Virus record (IMG/VR): IMGVR_UViG_3300009509_000001
Coordinates: 130,577 to 194,576 of that record
DNA length: 64,000 nucleotides
Direction: 5' to 3' (one strand)
DNA from: a virus
Position numbers and translations under genes: made by a program
Notes under the pieces: generated by a model
Database searches by the model: none
What the model saw: only the letters and a program-made list of their open reading frames with translations
What the model was told of the DNA's origin: nothing
In this document: one piece after another, positions 61,617 through 64,000 of the stretch
Numbering within the stretch: the first letter of the stretch is position 1
Layout: each line of letters opens with the position of its first letter

Positions 61617-63443
61617 TTACACGCAACCACCGCCACAAGTATCGTCCGCGCCGTGAGCGCTGTTCACACTGACCAGCTGCGTAGAGATCGGGAAAGTGGG
61701 CGTACAGCTGCCGTCGGCATCTATTACCGTGGCGAACGGGTCAGTGAATCTATGAAGAGCTAAATCATATTGGCAGCACTCGGTCTCCGTAGTGAATGCG
61801 CCGGTACAATCGTCGGCCTCGGTGTAGAACCTATAGGTCACGCAGTAATAATTGCCGTCGACGAGCTCGATTCCAGGGTCCGCGCTGCTGCTTCCCTGGC
61901 TACCGCCGCCACCGCCAGGATCGCCGCCGCCACCACCGGAGGCATCTGAGCCTACTTGATCCCCAGAGCCGCCGCCCGAACCATCGCCCGAGCCGGCTTC
62001 GGAGCCGCCGCCAGCAGAACCCGCTTCGGAGCCGCCGCCAGCGGAACCCGCTTCGGAGCCGCCGCCAGCGGAACCGCCCTCGCCGGAGGCTCCGCTCGTG
62101 GGGAACGTGGGTCCACCGCCGCCGCCGCCGCCTGGGCCAGCATCGTCTGAACCGCTGTCGCCGATGTCGCATCCAGCATCGCAATCGTTCGGATCGTCAT
62201 AAATGTTGCCGGAGCTCACGATCTTTTTCCAGCCCAATGCGTCTTGTTCACAGACATTAAAGGTTACGAGCCTGCCGCCAGCGTCGTAGCGATCGCCGCT
62301 GCTCATCCAGCGCACACAATATGCCGTGGCCGTCGCCACCGAATCCAGGTTTAGGGCCACGCAATCAGCTTCAGCCGACGGACCCGTCCAGCGGTACTCG
62401 GTGACGCACTCATAAACCTCTTGTGTATTGCAATTCTCAGCGCACTCAGCCTCATTGTCCCAAACCGGGCCTACTGTCTGCAGCTGCTTTATATAGCGGA
62501 AGCCAGTCACGTTGGTGCAGGCCGTAATACTGCCATTGCCGACTAACGTATCGCCGATATACCAGTCTCCGCTCGGATCTATGCGCACGCACGTAGCCGC
62601 GACACCGCTGATCGGCTCCCCGGCTAGGCACGCTGCCTCCGTGTTGAAGGTAAGGAACTCAACGCATCTATACGTGTCCGGAACCTCGGACGCCTTACTT
62701 TCCGCGCTGCTCGGTCCTTGCGATGCTTCGCTTTGCCCGGGACTCGGCGGTTCCGGTGATGGGATCGGGGTCGCCGGGCACTCGGACGGACATTGAAACG
62801 CAATCGGGTCAGTGGCTATGACCTCTACAGGCCCTACGGCCATGTACGCGTACTTGCCCGGGTAGTTGGCGGCGATCTGCCCGCCGAAGCTCTCCGTCGT
62901 CCCGCATGCACCTATTTGAAACCCATTCAGCTCATCACAGCAGGCCACGATGTCGACCAGTGTTTCGAACCCGTAGACACAGCCGGGCTCCGTAAATATG
63001 TAGAAACGGGCTACATAACATTTACCCGGCGTGCAGTTGGAAACGCAGCAGTTCTGCTCGGACGAATATGCTCCAACTATCACGAAATTCTGACGAACGC
63101 CGTCTGATGTCCAGCATTCACTCTCGGCGTTGCGCCACTCCCCGTCGACGAAGTATTGGTCAGGCCACGGATAACCGCGTTCCAGTACTTGAACGCACTC
63201 ATAACCGATTGGAGTCCAGAGTCCCGAACAGTTATAGTCATTGTAGCTGATCATCGCCCGGCGCTGTATACAGACATACAGAGTACTGCTGTCGTCGCAC
63301 GCCGTGCAGTCGTCGTAAACGCCTTCTGCCGTCGCGTTGACCGGCTCGGCCGTTCTACCTTTGACCAGGTAGCACACGCCACCGATCTTGATGGAGTCGC
63401 CTTCCTGTAGATTTGGGATGGTGTCTGGTATTATGAGTGCCAT
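61617..63443 (-). CDS. Cys-rich, Gly/Ser-repeat protein (putative surface or virion protein)
   Basis: 608 aa with many Cys and a GSAGGGSEA repeat linker; codon usage visibly less GC-skewed than the replication genes. Confidence 0.65.
   Translation of the reverse strand: MALIIPDTIPNLQEGDSIKIGGVCYLVKGRTAEPVNATAEGVYDDCTACDDSSTLYVCIQRRAMISYNDYNCSGLWTPIGYECVQVLERGYPWPDQYFVDGEWRNAESECWTSDGVRQNFVIVGAYSSEQNCCVSNCTPGKCYVARFYIFTEPGCVYGFETLVDIVACCDELNGFQIGACGTTESFGGQIAANYPGKYAYMAVGPVEVIATDPIAFQCPSECPATPIPSPEPPSPGQSEASQGPSSAESKASEVPDTYRCVEFLTFNTEAACLAGEPISGVAATCVRIDPSGDWYIGDTLVGNGSITACTNVTGFRYIKQLQTVGPVWDNEAECAENCNTQEVYECVTEYRWTGPSAEADCVALNLDSVATATAYCVRWMSSGDRYDAGGRLVTFNVCEQDALGWKKIVSSGNIYDDPNDCDAGCDIGDSGSDDAGPGGGGGGGPTFPTSGASGEGGSAGGGSEAGSAGGGSEAGSAGGGSEAGSGDGSGGGSGDQVGSDASGGGGGDPGGGGGSQGSSSADPGIELVDGNYYCVTYRFYTEADDCTGAFTTETECCQYDLALHRFTDPFATVIDADGSCTPTFPISTQLVSVNSAHGADDTCGGGCV
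61996..62075. repeat. 27-bp coding tandem repeat x3
   Basis: GCTTCGGAGCCGCCGCCAGCRGAACCC repeated three times (the third copy lacks its last base), encoding GSAGGGSEA on the minus strand. Confidence 0.9.
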
Positions 63444-63552
63444 GATCGAGCCTTTGTGTGTAAATCTTTATGCATTATATACTATAGTCTCTCCGCTTAG
63501 CATTGTAAAACAGACACCATGGATTGCGGGCATGCCGTTGTAAATTTTTTCA

Positions 63553-63999
63553 TTATGATACCACCGCAGTTGAACGAATTACCGTACAGCCCGCTTCCCC
63601 ACCATCGCACTCAAAATAAGAATCTACAGGAGCGCATGGATCTGTATTGTAAACAGGTAAATCATCGGCCGGAGGTGGTTGTGCACCTATAGCCTCAATA
63701 TTAATCGAACCATAAGTTTCATCAAATATCGCTATATACCAGTTGGTTATATTCCAAATTAAAGATATAGACTGTTCTGGTGAAAATGATGCAAATTTAA
63801 TCCAAGTACAACCAAACGCATTAGAAACGGTGTGAGCCCCATTAGCCCAACTATGATTTGGATATAAAGTTCCATCAACAGAAATCGTTACAGTATATTC
63901 TTCAAATAATGCAGGATCGCACCCATTACAAGCAACAGTCGCTGCCGGTGCCGCGCTGCTTTCCGCGCCCTGCTCCGATGATGGCTCCTGGGCCGCGCT
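63553..63999 (-). CDS. C-terminal part of a Cys-containing protein (5'-truncated by the window edge)
   Basis: Open frame read by hand (...ATVACNGCDPALFEEYTVT...CDGGEAGCTVIRSTAVVS*); AT-rich; absent from the ORF track because the start lies outside the window. Confidence 0.6.
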   Translation of the reverse strand, partial: SAAQEPSSEQGAESSAAPAATVACNGCDPALFEEYTVTISVDGTLYPNHSWANGAHTVSNAFGCTWIKFASFSPEQSISLIWNITNWYIAIFDETYGSINIEAIGAQPPPADDLPVYNTDPCAPVDSYFECDGGEAGCTVIRSTAVVS

Positions 64000-64000
64000 G

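Overview
A 64-kb segment of a large, GC-rich dsDNA (jumbo-type) bacteriophage genome; the host cannot be determined from the sequence. From about 0.2 to 49.9 kb nearly all genes are on the minus strand. This arm holds many small hypothetical genes and a replication/recombination block (RuvC, RecA-like recombinase, family A DNA polymerase, Toprim primase, DnaB-like and SF2 helicases, SbcC/Rad50 ATPase). It also holds a retron-type reverse transcriptase, an AAA/VWA pair, a PAPS-reductase-like protein, an HNH nuclease, an i-type-lysozyme-like protein, a radical SAM protein and an HD protein. After a 1.4-kb non-coding divergence region come a terminase large subunit, a ferritin, two glycosyltransferases and Cys-rich proteins. 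The main discovery is the 3.8-kb non-coding region 11189-14953, which I parsed by hand into 26 tandem, sequence-divergent modules on the minus strand. Each module has retron msr-msd geometry: a private 5-8 bp terminal stem closed by a G.G opposition, an invariant G 6 nt before a conserved 7-bp/3-nt-loop GGCG-N3-CGCC hairpin, and a different long hairpin cargo. A retron-class RT without an adjacent msr-msd or effector lies 17.5 kb away. The inference is a natural multiplexed retron array producing a library of different msDNAs. A second candidate is a roughly 800-nt, tetraloop-rich structured ncRNA at about 50190-50990. All protein calls come from motif recognition by eye; no database searches were run.
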